In this document: positions 17,910-27,904 of the stretch, one piece after another
How positions within the stretch are numbered: position 1 is the first letter of the stretch
Layout: each line of letters opens with the position of its first letter
NCBI GenBank assembly: GCA_964371145.1
Contig: CAYJKO010000001.1
Location: 74,567 to 138,133, forward strand
DNA: 63,567 nt
Origin: an uncultured Muribaculaceae bacterium
GTDB taxonomy: Bacteria > Pseudomonadota > Alphaproteobacteria > Rs-D84
Direction of reading: 5' to 3'
The notes under the pieces: model-generated
Database searches by the model: none
What the model saw: the letters and a program-made list of their open reading frames with translations, nothing else
What the model was told of the DNA's origin: nothing
Position numbers and translations under genes: made by a program

Positions 17910-19688
17910 ATGAAAATTTTACCAAATTCATTATTAAAATTTTATGGACGTTATGCTTTTCGTCCTTATATGTATCTTATTATCCCTTGGTTCTTTTTGT
18001 TGTCGGGGTGGAGATTAATAGACAGAATTTGGCTGCCTTGGTTGGAAAAAAGTTTTATCGCCAAAATTGAAAATCCAAATATTTTTAATGTGGATATTGT
18101 GGAATTTATATTACCGGTTGTATCTGTGTTTTTTTTCGCATTAATGGCGTCTTTGTTTATTCATATAATAGATGATATTGTTTGGATGCGTTTGCGTACT
18201 CGCATTATGAATAATATATCCGAAGTTTTAACAGATTATGTGCATAATCAATCAGTAAAATTTTGGAAAAATCGCGTGGTTGGAAAAATTCACGAACAAA
18301 TAGCGCACCTGTCAAAAGGGTTTGAATTTTTGGTGACGATAATGGTTCGTTTGGTTGCGGTTGCCGTTATTTCCATGAATGTTGTGATTTTGTTTCAAAT
18401 AAATCAACAGTTGGCGTACGTTTTTACAGGGATTATCGGATTTTACACTTTGTATTGTTTGTTGCGTGTTAATTCTATGACTGCGTCTAATAAAGCGGCT
18501 GCAAATTCATATTCTACGTTGGGCGGAAAATTGATTGACAGTTTTTCTAATTTTATGGCGGTAAAATTATTTGCAAATAATAATTATGAACGTGAATGTA
18601 TGAAAGATGTCCGCGAAGAATATATAAAAAATAAAATTCACGCTGGAATGGTTCGTCGTGCATTTTGGGGTATTCCGCAATTTATTCGTTCTGTCTTATT
18701 TTGTGCTTTGATTGCGTTTTGCGCCGTGTTTTATATCCAGGGTAATATTGATTTGTCGGATGTGTTTTTTGCTTTGACAATTAACAGCATTATTTCAAAT
18801 CAAATAGAAAAAATTATCCAAGATTTGCCAATCATTTCCGAATCATTAAGTGCCGCAAAACAAGCGTATGATTATTTAAATGTGCCGGTATCTGTGTCTG
18901 ATTCAAAATCTGCAAAAAAAGTAAAAATCAAACGCGGGAAAATAGAAATAAAAAATTTAAATTTTCATCATTCTCATTCTCATATTCCGGTATTAACCGA
19001 TATTTGTATATCTGTAAAGCCGGGTGAAAAAATCGGTATTGTCGGAATCAGTGGATCCGGCAAAACAACATTGGCAAATTTATTATTACGTTTGTATGAT
19101 CCAAGCGCGGGTGAAATATTAATCGATGGTCAAAATATCAAAAAAATGACTCAAGATTCATTACACAAAGCAATCAGTTTTATTCCACAAGATACTACGA
19201 TTTTCAACAGAACTATATGGGAAAATATTGCATATGGGGACGTTGACGCAGATATGAAATTGATAAAAAAGGCTGCAAAAGATGCATCCGCAGACGAATT
19301 TATTATGGCGTCGCCAAATAAATATAAAACGGTTGTTGGTGATCGCGGAATTAAATTGTCGGGCGGGCAACGTCAACGTATTGCGATTGCGCGCGCATTT
19401 TTGAAAAATTCTCCGATTTTAATTCTGGACGAGGCAACATCCGCGTTAGATACCGAAACAGAAGTTGCAATCCAAAAAAGTTTAGAAAAATTATTTAAAA
19501 ACAGAACGACTATTGCAATAGCTCACAGACTGTCAACCTTGCGTAATATGGATAAAATCATAGTGTTAGACCAGGGGAAAATAGTCGAAGTTGGAACACA
19601 TTTACAATTGTGCAGAAAAAAGCGCGGAATATATGCAAATCTGTGGAAAAAACAATCTGATGGATTTATGGGGCTGATGGGTGCATGA
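17910..19688 (+). CDS. ABC transporter, fused permease/ATPase (MsbA-like exporter type)
   Basis: The N-terminal half is a TM domain. Walker A is GISGSGKTT, the ABC signature is LSGGQRQR and Walker B is ILILDEATSALD. Confidence 0.88.
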   Translation: MKILPNSLLKFYGRYAFRPYMYLIIPWFFLLSGWRLIDRIWLPWLEKSFIAKIENPNIFNVDIVEFILPVVSVFFFALMASLFIHIIDDIVWMRLRTRIMNNISEVLTDYVHNQSVKFWKNRVVGKIHEQIAHLSKGFEFLVTIMVRLVAVAVISMNVVILFQINQQLAYVFTGIIGFYTLYCLLRVNSMTASNKAAANSYSTLGGKLIDSFSNFMAVKLFANNNYERECMKDVREEYIKNKIHAGMVRRAFWGIPQFIRSVLFCALIAFCAVFYIQGNIDLSDVFFALTINSIISNQIEKIIQDLPIISESLSAAKQAYDYLNVPVSVSDSKSAKKVKIKRGKIEIKNLNFHHSHSHIPVLTDICISVKPGEKIGIVGISGSGKTTLANLLLRLYDPSAGEILIDGQNIKKMTQDSLHKAISFIPQDTTIFNRTIWENIAYGDVDADMKLIKKAAKDASADEFIMASPNKYKTVVGDRGIKLSGGQRQRIAIARAFLKNSPILILDEATSALDTETEVAIQKSLEKLFKNRTTIAIAHRLSTLRNMDKIIVLDQGKIVEVGTHLQLCRKKRGIYANLWKKQSDGFMGLMGA

Positions 19689-19697
19689 TTTTCGAAA

Positions 19698-19727
19698 ACT
19701 TGGGATAAATCCCCAAGTTTTTTTTTA
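19698..19727 (+). terminator. Rho-independent terminator
   Basis: The stem acttggg/cccaagt is followed by a T9 run. Confidence 0.75.
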
Positions 19728-19811
19728 TGTTTTGTCTTGCTTTTTGCCCGTTTTGGGGGTAGTATTCAACTCGTGTTCAAAATGAATTTTTTAAAGGGAA
19801 GATTATAAAAA

Positions 19812-22800
19812 ATGTCAAAATTAATAGTAGACGGCAATTGGGCTGCGGCCGATGTTGCATATAGATGCAGTGAATTTGCAGCAATTTATCCAATTACACC
19901 CAGCAGTACAATGGGCGAATTGGCCGATGAATGGATGTTTCAACATAAAAAAAATATTTGGGGTTCAATCCCGGGTGTCATAGAAATGCAATCCGAGGCG
20001 GGCGCAGCAGGCGCGATGCACGGTGCGTTGCAAATGGGGTCTTTGGCGACGACTTTTACCGCCAGCCAAGGTTTGTTATTGATGATACCAAATATGTATA
20101 AAATTGCGGGCGAACAAACTCCGTTTGTTATGCACGTTGCTGCGCGCGCGTTGGCAACACACGCGTTATCAATTTTCGGCGATCACAGTGACGTTATGGC
20201 CGTTCGCCAAACAGGGTTTGCATTATTGTCCAGCCACAATGTACAACAAGCGTCCGATATGGCGGCAATTGCGCATGCGGCGACTTTGCGTGCTCGCGTT
20301 CCTTATTTACATTTCTTTGACGGGTTCAGAACCAGTCATGAAGAATCCAGATTGGAAAAAATCCCAGATGATGTTTTACGCGGATTAATTCCTGATTCTG
20401 AAATTTTAAAATATCGTGAAAATTCTTTGAATCCAAATAATCCAAAAATACGTGGTACGGCTCAAAATCCTGACGTGTTTTTCCAAGGACGCGAAGCGGT
20501 GAATTCTTTGTACGAACGCGTACCAGAAATTACTCAGAATGTTATGGACGAATTCGCAAAATTAACAGGTCGCGAATATAAATTGGTTGATTATGTGGGA
20601 AATCCCGCGGCTGAAAATATTATTGTCGCAATGGGCAGCGCATGTGAAACCATCGAAGAAACTTTGGAATCTTTGCCGGATAATGTGGGTTTAATTAAAA
20701 TCCGTCTTTTCCGTCCGTTTCCAAAAGACGCATTTTTATCCGCTTTGCCAAAATCTGCAAAAAGAATTGCTGTTTTGGACAGAACGAAAGAACCGGGCGC
20801 TTTGGGTGAACCGTTATGGATGGATGTTAAAACAATTGTATCGGACGATATCAAAGTTATGGGTGGACGTTACGGATTGGGTTCAAAAGAATTCAAGCCT
20901 CGTGATGTTGCAGCCATCGTTACGAATTTAATGCAAGACACATTACATCATAATTTTACAGTCGGAATAAACGACGATTTATCAAAATTATCTTTGGAAA
21001 CAGATCCGAATTTTACAATCGAAAATGCGAACGTTAAAACGGCTTTGTTATATGGTATCGGATCAGACGGTACGGTTGGTGCGGTTAAAAATATCGTTAA
21101 AATCGTCGGTGAAAATTCTGATTTATATCCACAAAGTTATGCGGTGTACGATTCTAAAAAATCAGGCGGATTGACCGCGTCTCATATCAGATTTTCAAAT
21201 GAACATATTCGCAGCCAATATTTGGTCGAATCGGCTGAATTTATTTCTGTATCTAATTTCGTTATTGCGCAAAGATTTGATGTGTTTGCATCGTTAAAAG
21301 CGGGCGGGGTGGTGATGATTAATACATCGCTGGCTCCGGAAATGGCTTTTGCAAAATTGCCAAAACAAACACAAGAACATTTGATGCAATTGAATGCTCG
21401 TGTTTATTTCTTGGACGCGAATCGCGCAGCTCACGAATTGGGATTGGGAAATCGTATTAATACATTTATTATGTTGAATTTCTTTAATTTAACAAAAGTA
21501 ATCGATCCAAGTGCGGCCGCAAAATCTGCAAAAGACGCGATTGAAAAAACATACAAGAAAAAAGGTATGGATGTCGTCGAAGCCAATTGGCGCGCGGTTG
21601 ATTCGGCGAAAGATTATTTACAAGAATATAAATTGCCGTTTAAAATTGCAGATAATGCACCCGATTTTATTCCGGCTATGACATCTGACGCACCTGTTTC
21701 TATCGCGGGCGTTTTGGGTGAAATTGCCGCCGGTCGTGGTGACGATTTGCCAGTTTCTGCATTTAAAATAGACGGCGAATTCGGTGCGGGACAATTTCCG
21801 GTTGGAACTGCTAAATACGAAAAACGTGCGATTTCTGATAAAGTTGCAAAATGCGATTTAGAAAAATGTATCCAATGTGGAAAATGTTCTATGTTGTGTC
21901 CGCATGCTGCCATTCGTATGAATGTTATTGATGAATCAGACATAAACGGTGTTAAAACCGTTAAAATGAAAACCCCAGAATTGGGCGCAGATAAATTGTT
22001 TACTTTGAACATATCACCTGCCGATTGTACGGGGTGTGGTGTTTGTATCAAAAATTGTCCGGTAAAAGCTTTGGAAATGACAGACATTAAAGATACACAA
22101 AATATGCAATCAGAATTCGAAGCGGCAATAAAATTACCAGAATTCGATGTAACAAAATTGAATTTAAATATTCCAAAACACATTGAATTGTTACCTCATT
22201 ATTTTGAATTCCCAGGCGCATGTGCGGGATGTGGTGAAACACCATATGTTAAATTAATGGCTCATTTATTCGGAGACAGAATGGTTGTTGCAAATGCAAC
22301 GGGTTGTTCTTCGATTTATGGTGCGAATTTACCGACAACACCATGGACGGTTGATTCTGCGGGTCGTGGACCTGCTTGGTCAAATTCTTTGTTCGAAGAT
22401 AATGCAGAATACGGTTTGGGTATGCGTGTTGCATTGAACCAAAAAAAGCATGCTTTGAAAAACATATTGTTTGAATTGGAAATTCCAAATGTTGAAGAAT
22501 TAATTAATGAACGGGATATTCAAAAACAAAGACAAATCGAATCTGATTTATTGAATACTTTGTCAAAAATGAATTCGGACAAATCAAAATTGGCTATCAG
22601 TTTGTTGCCTGAAATCGTAGATAAATCTGTTTGGATTGTCGGTGGTGATGGTTGGGCATATGATATCGGATACGGTGGATTGGACCATATTTTACACAGT
22701 GGTGAAAACGTAAATATATTGGTTATGGATACCGAAGGTTATTCAAATACCGGCGGTCAACAATCAAAAGCAACCCCATTCGGCGCCAGCATGAAATTTG

Positions 22801-23288
22801 CGATTGGTGGTAAAGAACGTGCAAAAAAAGATTTGGGATTGATTGCTATGATGTCGGGTGCATATGTTGCGCAAATCGCAATCGGCGCAAACCAAGCCCA
22901 AGCTATCAAGGCTTTCCGCGAAGCCGAAGCATTTGACGGACCATCGATTATTTTGGCGTATGCTCCATGTATTGCGCATGGATTTGCATTGCAAAATGGT
23001 GTGGAACATCAAAATAATTTGATTAAAACGGGTGCTTGGCCTTTGTTCAGATTTAATCCAAAATTAATTGATGATGGACAAAATCCTTTGGCAATCGATT
23101 CAGGCGAAAATAAAACAATGGAATTAGACGATTTCTTGAAAACAGAAAGCCGTTTTGGCGCAGCCCGTTCCGTTAACGGCAATTTCGACAAATTGGTAGA
23201 AAAAGCCGAATTAAACAATGAATACAAACGCGAATTGAAAAAACATATTGCTGAATTCGCATTAATGTATAATAAAAAAGAAGGGTAA
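19812..23288 (+). CDS. nifJ: Pyruvate:ferredoxin (flavodoxin) oxidoreductase, single-chain
   Basis: The product is 1158 aa. It has two 4Fe-4S motifs (CIQCGKCSMLCP and CTGCGVCIKNCP) and a TPP-binding region GGDGWAYDIGYGGLDH. Confidence 0.93.
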   Translation: MSKLIVDGNWAAADVAYRCSEFAAIYPITPSSTMGELADEWMFQHKKNIWGSIPGVIEMQSEAGAAGAMHGALQMGSLATTFTASQGLLLMIPNMYKIAGEQTPFVMHVAARALATHALSIFGDHSDVMAVRQTGFALLSSHNVQQASDMAAIAHAATLRARVPYLHFFDGFRTSHEESRLEKIPDDVLRGLIPDSEILKYRENSLNPNNPKIRGTAQNPDVFFQGREAVNSLYERVPEITQNVMDEFAKLTGREYKLVDYVGNPAAENIIVAMGSACETIEETLESLPDNVGLIKIRLFRPFPKDAFLSALPKSAKRIAVLDRTKEPGALGEPLWMDVKTIVSDDIKVMGGRYGLGSKEFKPRDVAAIVTNLMQDTLHHNFTVGINDDLSKLSLETDPNFTIENANVKTALLYGIGSDGTVGAVKNIVKIVGENSDLYPQSYAVYDSKKSGGLTASHIRFSNEHIRSQYLVESAEFISVSNFVIAQRFDVFASLKAGGVVMINTSLAPEMAFAKLPKQTQEHLMQLNARVYFLDANRAAHELGLGNRINTFIMLNFFNLTKVIDPSAAAKSAKDAIEKTYKKKGMDVVEANWRAVDSAKDYLQEYKLPFKIADNAPDFIPAMTSDAPVSIAGVLGEIAAGRGDDLPVSAFKIDGEFGAGQFPVGTAKYEKRAISDKVAKCDLEKCIQCGKCSMLCPHAAIRMNVIDESDINGVKTVKMKTPELGADKLFTLNISPADCTGCGVCIKNCPVKALEMTDIKDTQNMQSEFEAAIKLPEFDVTKLNLNIPKHIELLPHYFEFPGACAGCGETPYVKLMAHLFGDRMVVANATGCSSIYGANLPTTPWTVDSAGRGPAWSNSLFEDNAEYGLGMRVALNQKKHALKNILFELEIPNVEELINERDIQKQRQIESDLLNTLSKMNSDKSKLAISLLPEIVDKSVWIVGGDGWAYDIGYGGLDHILHSGENVNILVMDTEGYSNTGGQQSKATPFGASMKFAIGGKERAKKDLGLIAMMSGAYVAQIAIGANQAQAIKAFREAEAFDGPSIILAYAPCIAHGFALQNGVEHQNNLIKTGAWPLFRFNPKLIDDGQNPLAIDSGENKTMELDDFLKTESRFGAARSVNGNFDKLVEKAELNNEYKRELKKHIAEFALMYNKKEG

Positions 23289-23294
23289 TAAACT

Positions 23295-23729
23295 ATGAAA
23301 AAATATGCTTTGTTTTTTATGGCAATTGTAATTTTGTCGGGGTGTTCTTTTCAAACAAAACAACGTGGATATATATTCCCGTCTGATTTAGATGAACAGG
23401 TGAAAACTATTAAAAATACGAATCAGTTAGAAGATAGTTTTGGTAGCCCGCAAATTAAAACAATCCATGGAAATGAAGTATGGGTTTATTACAGCGTAGA
23501 TGAAAATACCCGTGGCCCAATGGCAATGAAATATGACAATAAAACTGTTTTATTGGCATGGGTCCGGGGTGAAAATGTCGAAAAAATACAGGTTTTGCGC
23601 GATGAAGACTTGGAAACTGTTCATCCCGACCGAAATGAAACGGATGTGCCGGCAGCAATAGAATTAAACGCAATAGAAGAATTATTCAATAATATCGGGC
23701 GTTTTTCACCAGCAGGTCTGGGACAATAA
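23295..23729 (+). CDS. bamE: Outer membrane protein assembly factor BamE (SmpA/OmlA lipoprotein)
   Basis: The lipobox is LSGC and the core is SmpA_OmlA-like. It has an extended C-terminal tail, NIGRFSPAGLG. Confidence 0.75.
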   Translation: MKKYALFFMAIVILSGCSFQTKQRGYIFPSDLDEQVKTIKNTNQLEDSFGSPQIKTIHGNEVWVYYSVDENTRGPMAMKYDNKTVLLAWVRGENVEKIQVLRDEDLETVHPDRNETDVPAAIELNAIEELFNNIGRFSPAGLGQ

Positions 23730-23760
23730 TTTCAAGATTATTTGTTTTTTGACAAAAATA

Positions 23761-23769
23761 TGATATAAT
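23761..23769 (+). promoter_or_regulatory. Extended -10 element (TGaTATAAT) upstream of carD
   Basis: The TGnTATAAT element lies 47 nt before the carD ATG. Confidence 0.4.
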
Positions 23770-23816
23770 GGGACACAGAAGACGAGAATGATAACCGTTA
23801 TAAAGGCTTAAAAATT

Positions 23817-24377
23817 ATGGCAAATAAAAAATTAGAATTTAAAACAGGACAGTATGTTGTTTATCCGACCCAAGGTGTGGGGAAACTTTCCCGTGTTGAA
23901 GAACAGGTTATCGGTGGACAAAAGATGAAAATGTTGGTAATCGATTTTGAAAAAAATAGTATGACATTGCGTATTCCTCTTGATCGCGCTGAAATGTGTG
24001 GTTTGCGTTCTTTGGTTACAAATAAAAAAATGGATGAAGCTATTTCAACAGCAAAAGGCAGAGCAGGGGTGAAAAAATTACCTTGGCCCCGACGCAGTGC
24101 GCAATATGAAGAAAATATAAATTCCGGAGATCCAGTAAAAATTGCAGAAGTCGTTCGTGATTTGCAACGCAGAAACGCAACAGATACAATGACTTATTCC
24201 GCCAGAAATTTATATTACCAAGCATTAGAAAGAATGGCACAAGAATTTGCGGTTTTGCATAAAATGGATATAGAAGACGCCTCTGAAAAAATTGAAAGTA
24301 TTTTAGGTGTTCCAAAAGAAATTGATTTGAATGCAATTGATGTTGCTGATGATGAATTAGATGAAGATGCGGATTAA
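23817..24377 (+). CDS. carD: CarD-family transcriptional regulator
   Basis: The N-terminal CarD_CdnL_TRCF motif reads FKTGQYVVYPTQGVGKL. The tail is acidic. Confidence 0.88.
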   Translation: MANKKLEFKTGQYVVYPTQGVGKLSRVEEQVIGGQKMKMLVIDFEKNSMTLRIPLDRAEMCGLRSLVTNKKMDEAISTAKGRAGVKKLPWPRRSAQYEENINSGDPVKIAEVVRDLQRRNATDTMTYSARNLYYQALERMAQEFAVLHKMDIEDASEKIESILGVPKEIDLNAIDVADDELDEDAD

Positions 24378-24393
24378 ACAAAAAGGGAAAAGT

Positions 24394-24510
24394 ATGAAAA
24401 AAATATCTCAAAAAAGATCACCAAGAAGTGATTTGAAAAATGTAAGAAAAGAGAAACAAAAGCTTCAAAATTTTTTCGAAAAATTTATGAATACTTTTTC
24501 TGGAAAATCG
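24394..24510 (+). CDS. Possible small basic protein (38 aa)
   Basis: The ATG follows a purine-rich AAAGGGAAAAG stretch. The translation is MKKISQKRSPRSDLKNVRKEKQKLQNFFEKFMNTFSGKSK and it ends just before a terminator. It falls below the ORF-track length cutoff. Confidence 0.25.
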
Positions 24511-24513
24511 AAA

Positions 24514-24540
24514 TAAAAAACCGCATTTGCGGTTTTTATT
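24514..24540. terminator. Bidirectional terminator between the carD side and ssb
   Basis: The hairpin is aaaaaccgc-attt-gcggttttt. Confidence 0.7.
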
Positions 24541-24550
24541 TTGTTTATAC

Positions 24551-25018
24551 TTAAAACGGTATATCGTCGCTGATGTCGGATACGGAAAATTCTTCACGTG
24601 GTGCCGCCGGCATAGGGGTCGGTGCATATTCTGAACCGCCGCCTTGGTATCCGCCTTCTGCAGATTTTGCGCCAGATAATATAACCATTTGACCGCCAAA
24701 TTGATTTAATACAACTTCGGTTGTATAAACGTCAACGCCTTGTTGGTTTTGCCATTTACGTGTGCGTAAAACGCCTTCGATGTATAATTTTGTGCCTTTT
24801 TGTAACAAACGTTCTGCAACATCCGCCAAACCTGGGCTGAATACAACTACGCGATGCCATTCTGTTTGATCTTTTTGTTCACCGGTTGCTTTGTCTTTCC
24901 AACGTTCTGATGTTGCCAAAGAAAAGCTTACGATTTTTTGACCGTTTTGCATTGCTCGAACTTGTGGTTCTTGGCCAATGTTTCCGACCAATATTACTTT
25001 GTTTATACTTCCTGCCAT
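24551..25018 (-). CDS. ssb: Single-stranded DNA-binding protein
   Basis: The internal Met gives MAGSINKVILVGNIG. It has an OB fold, a Gly-rich linker and the acidic tip DDIPF. Confidence 0.93.
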   Translation of the reverse strand: MAGSINKVILVGNIGQEPQVRAMQNGQKIVSFSLATSERWKDKATGEQKDQTEWHRVVVFSPGLADVAERLLQKGTKLYIEGVLRTRKWQNQQGVDVYTTEVVLNQFGGQMVILSGAKSAEGGYQGGGSEYAPTPMPAAPREEFSVSDISDDIPF

Positions 25019-25090
25019 CGTTTCACCTTTTTTATTTTGTATGTAAATTATATTATCTATGTATTCGATTCTAATTGCAAGCAAATAAAA

Positions 25091-25297
25091 TTATTTTGCA
25101 ACCGATTTATATAATCCAAAAAACCATCCAATGCCCGTCCAAAATAAAAATATGCTGGACATACGAACGTACATTGTTTGGGTGTTGTTTTTTTTATTTA
25201 CAGCCGCAAAATGGGTTGGCAATAACAATATGACGCATATTATCGCAATGTATGCGATTAATTTTATTGCGTACATAATGTCAAGGCCAAATAACAT
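25091..25297 (-). CDS. Small two-TM membrane protein, superinfection-immunity (Imm_superinfect)-like
   Basis: The motif LP...A(x12-20)F.WTGIGW resembles the PF14373-type signature. I start it at the internal Met so that it does not overlap eno. Confidence 0.5.
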   Translation of the reverse strand: MLFGLDIMYAIKLIAYIAIICVILLLPTHFAAVNKKNNTQTMYVRMSSIFLFWTGIGWFFGLYKSVAK

Positions 25298-25299
25298 TT

Positions 25300-26562
25300 T
25301 TAATTTCCGTATTTTGCGCAATCGTCCAATTGTTCATCGATTCGTAACAATTGGTTGTATTTTGCCATTCTTTCACCACGAGACATAGAACCTGTTTTAA
25401 TTTGTCCCGCGTTTGTTGCAACCGCGATATCTGCGATTGTTGTGTCTTCGGTTTCGCCAGAACGATGAGAAATTACAACGCCGTAATTCGCATCTTTCGC
25501 CATTTTGATTGCGCGTAGAGTTTCTGACAATGTTCCAATCTGGTTTGGTTTAATTAAGATTGCATTTGCGATATTTTTATCTATGCCGATAGATAATCGA
25601 TTCGGATTTGTTACAAATAAATCGTCGCCGACCAATTGGCATTTGTCGCCCAATTGTTGTGTTAATATGGCCCAATTTTCCCAATCTTGTTCGTCCAACG
25701 CATCTTCTATTGAAATAATTGGGTATTCATTAATTAATTCTTTGTAGAATTCAATCATATCAATTGCAGACAATTGTTTGCCTCCGAATTTGTATATGCC
25801 GTCTTTATAAAATTCTGATGCTGCTACGTCCATCGCGATAGAAATGTCTGTGCCCGGTTCATATCCGGCGGCGCGTATCGCATTCATAACAAAATCTAAT
25901 GCCATTTTTGTGTCTGAAAAATTTGGAGCAAATCCGCCTTCGTCGCCGACATTTGTAGATTGCGAATCGTCATGTAATAATTTTTTCAAATTATGAAATA
26001 CTTCTGCGCCCATTTTTATCGCGTCAGAAAAGTTTTTTGCGCCATTTGGGATAATCATAAATTCTTGTACGTCCAATCCATTATCTGCGTGTGCGCCGCC
26101 ATTTATGATATTCATCATAGGCACCGGCAATACATTCGGATTGTCGTTATTAAATATATTTGCAATGTGTTTGTATACAGGTATTTGTTTTTGGTTCGCC
26201 GCCGCGTGCGCAGTTGCCAATGATACGGCCAAAGTTGCATTGGCACCCAATTTATTTTTATTTTCTGTGCCGTCCAATTTTAATAAAATATTGTCGATTT
26301 CTGTTTGATCGGATGCGTCCATATTTATTAAAGCAGGTGATATAATTTCATTAATATTTTTTATCGCAGATTTAACGCCGCGTCCCATAAAGTCTTTTCC
26401 ACCGTCACGTAATTCCAAAGCTTCGAATTTGCCCGTAGATGCGCCAGATGGAACGGATGCACGACCAAATGCCCCGCCAGATAACATTACATCACATTCA
26501 ACGGTTGGGTTGCCACGACTGTCCATAATTTGACGTGCAAAAACAGATTTTATTTTTAACAT
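25300..26562 (-). CDS. eno: Enolase
   Basis: It has the SHRSGETED motif and full-length enolase layout, with an AAGGAG RBS. Confidence 0.96.
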   Translation of the reverse strand: MLKIKSVFARQIMDSRGNPTVECDVMLSGGAFGRASVPSGASTGKFEALELRDGGKDFMGRGVKSAIKNINEIISPALINMDASDQTEIDNILLKLDGTENKNKLGANATLAVSLATAHAAANQKQIPVYKHIANIFNNDNPNVLPVPMMNIINGGAHADNGLDVQEFMIIPNGAKNFSDAIKMGAEVFHNLKKLLHDDSQSTNVGDEGGFAPNFSDTKMALDFVMNAIRAAGYEPGTDISIAMDVAASEFYKDGIYKFGGKQLSAIDMIEFYKELINEYPIISIEDALDEQDWENWAILTQQLGDKCQLVGDDLFVTNPNRLSIGIDKNIANAILIKPNQIGTLSETLRAIKMAKDANYGVVISHRSGETEDTTIADIAVATNAGQIKTGSMSRGERMAKYNQLLRIDEQLDDCAKYGN

Positions 26563-26586
26563 TTTTCTCCTTTTCCTTTTTTATTT

Positions 26587-27315
26587 TTACATAACGAAAT
26601 CTTCGCCCAGATATACTTTTTTAACCATTTCATCTTTTACGATTTCAGATGTTGTACCGTGTTTTAAAATTTTACCATCGTGCAAAACATATGCGCGGTC
26701 TGTAATTCCCAAAGTTTCACGTACATTATGGTCGGTTATTATAACACCCAATCCGCGATTTTTTAATTGAGACACCAATCCGCGAATGTCACCAACTGCG
26801 ATAGGATCAATACCTGCAAATGGTTCGTCCAATAATATAAATTTTGGGTCATTTGCCAAAGCGCGAGCAATTTCAACACGTCTGCGTTCGCCGCCCGATA
26901 ATGCGGTCACGGGGCTGCGTCTTAAAAATCCAATTGAAAATTCTTCCAGCAAAGCTTCTAATTTTTTTTCACGTTTTTTCTTGTCGGGTTGAACAATTTC
27001 CAACATCGCCATAATATTTTGTTCAACATTTAACCCGCGAAATACGCTGGATTCTTGTGGCAGGTATCCGATTTTCAATCTGGCGCGTTTATAAAAAGGT
27101 AACTTTGTAATATCTTGGGAATTTAAAAATATCTGTCCGCCTGTTGCTGCGATTTGTCCCGTCACACAATAAAAAGCAGTTGTTTTTCCCGCGCCATTCG
27201 GTCCCAGCAAGCCAACGGATTCACCCGTTTCAACGTACATAGATATATCGCGTATAACGGTTCTTTTGCCATAGGCTTTTGATAAGTTGTCTATTTTCAG
27301 AATGCTTTTTTTCAC
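26587..27315 (-). CDS. lptB: LPS export ABC transporter ATP-binding protein
   Basis: Walker A is GPNGAGKTT, the signature is LSGGERRR and Walker B is ILLDEPF. It uses a GTG start with an AAGGA RBS. Confidence 0.88.
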   Translation of the reverse strand: MKKSILKIDNLSKAYGKRTVIRDISMYVETGESVGLLGPNGAGKTTAFYCVTGQIAATGGQIFLNSQDITKLPFYKRARLKIGYLPQESSVFRGLNVEQNIMAMLEIVQPDKKKREKKLEALLEEFSIGFLRRSPVTALSGGERRRVEIARALANDPKFILLDEPFAGIDPIAVGDIRGLVSQLKNRGLGVIITDHNVRETLGITDRAYVLHDGKILKHGTTSEIVKDEMVKKVYLGEDFVM

Positions 27316-27325
27316 AGGCGTATCC

Positions 27326-27805
27326 TTACAGTTGTATTAACATTTTATCAGTTAAAATTTTGTCGCCATTATCAGAATCTATGCGAACGTTTCCGATAAA
27401 AGTAATCTTTTTTGTTTTACGATCATATTGTGCAGATTGAGCGGTAATAGTATCTGTTATTTTCGTGTCGTTTTGTATTCTGACAGTTGTTCCAGAAATG
27501 TTACCAGTTGTGATTATATTTGGAGTGTCATATTCTTGTTTTGCCCATTGTGTTTGAATCGAAAACGGTTGGCCGTTTGTATCTGTCCCAACGAATTTAG
27601 CATTAGATATTTTGAATTGATTATTTATAACATCGTTCATATTAATTCCAGATATGGGGGTCCATAATAATTGGCTGGAAAAAAAAGAGCCTGCGATTAA
27701 TGCGCCAACCATGACCAATCCCCAGCCTGTGAATATAAAATTCCACATGCGTTTCAAGCGCAAATGATTATTAAAAACTATAAAATGTCTGTTATTTTTT
27801 TTCAT
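27326..27805 (-). CDS. lptC: LptC-like (OstA-fold) LPS export protein, membrane anchored
   Basis: It has a single N-terminal TM helix followed by a beta-rich domain. It lies immediately upstream of lptB. The start is uncertain. Confidence 0.5.
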   Translation of the reverse strand: MKKNNRHFIVFNNHLRLKRMWNFIFTGWGLVMVGALIAGSFFSSQLLWTPISGINMNDVINNQFKISNAKFVGTDTNGQPFSIQTQWAKQEYDTPNIITTGNISGTTVRIQNDTKITDTITAQSAQYDRKTKKITFIGNVRIDSDNGDKILTDKMLIQL

Positions 27806-27904
27806 ATCTGCATACAGTTTAGGATACTAAAACAAAAAAATCAATTTTATATTTTGATAAAGATGTGTTTTGTGGTATAATTTATTTCAGAGAGAGTAGA
27901 TATT

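Noticed and set aside
23749-23769. TTGACA followed by TATAAT upstream of carD, considered as a canonical -35/-10 pair.
   Set aside because: The spacer is only 9 nt, which is incompatible with sigma70 spacing. I kept only the extended -10 (TGaTATAAT) call.
24418-24699. A 93-aa minus-strand ORF.
   Set aside because: It overlaps the ssb 3' end and the bidirectional terminator. It has no RBS and no recognisable features.
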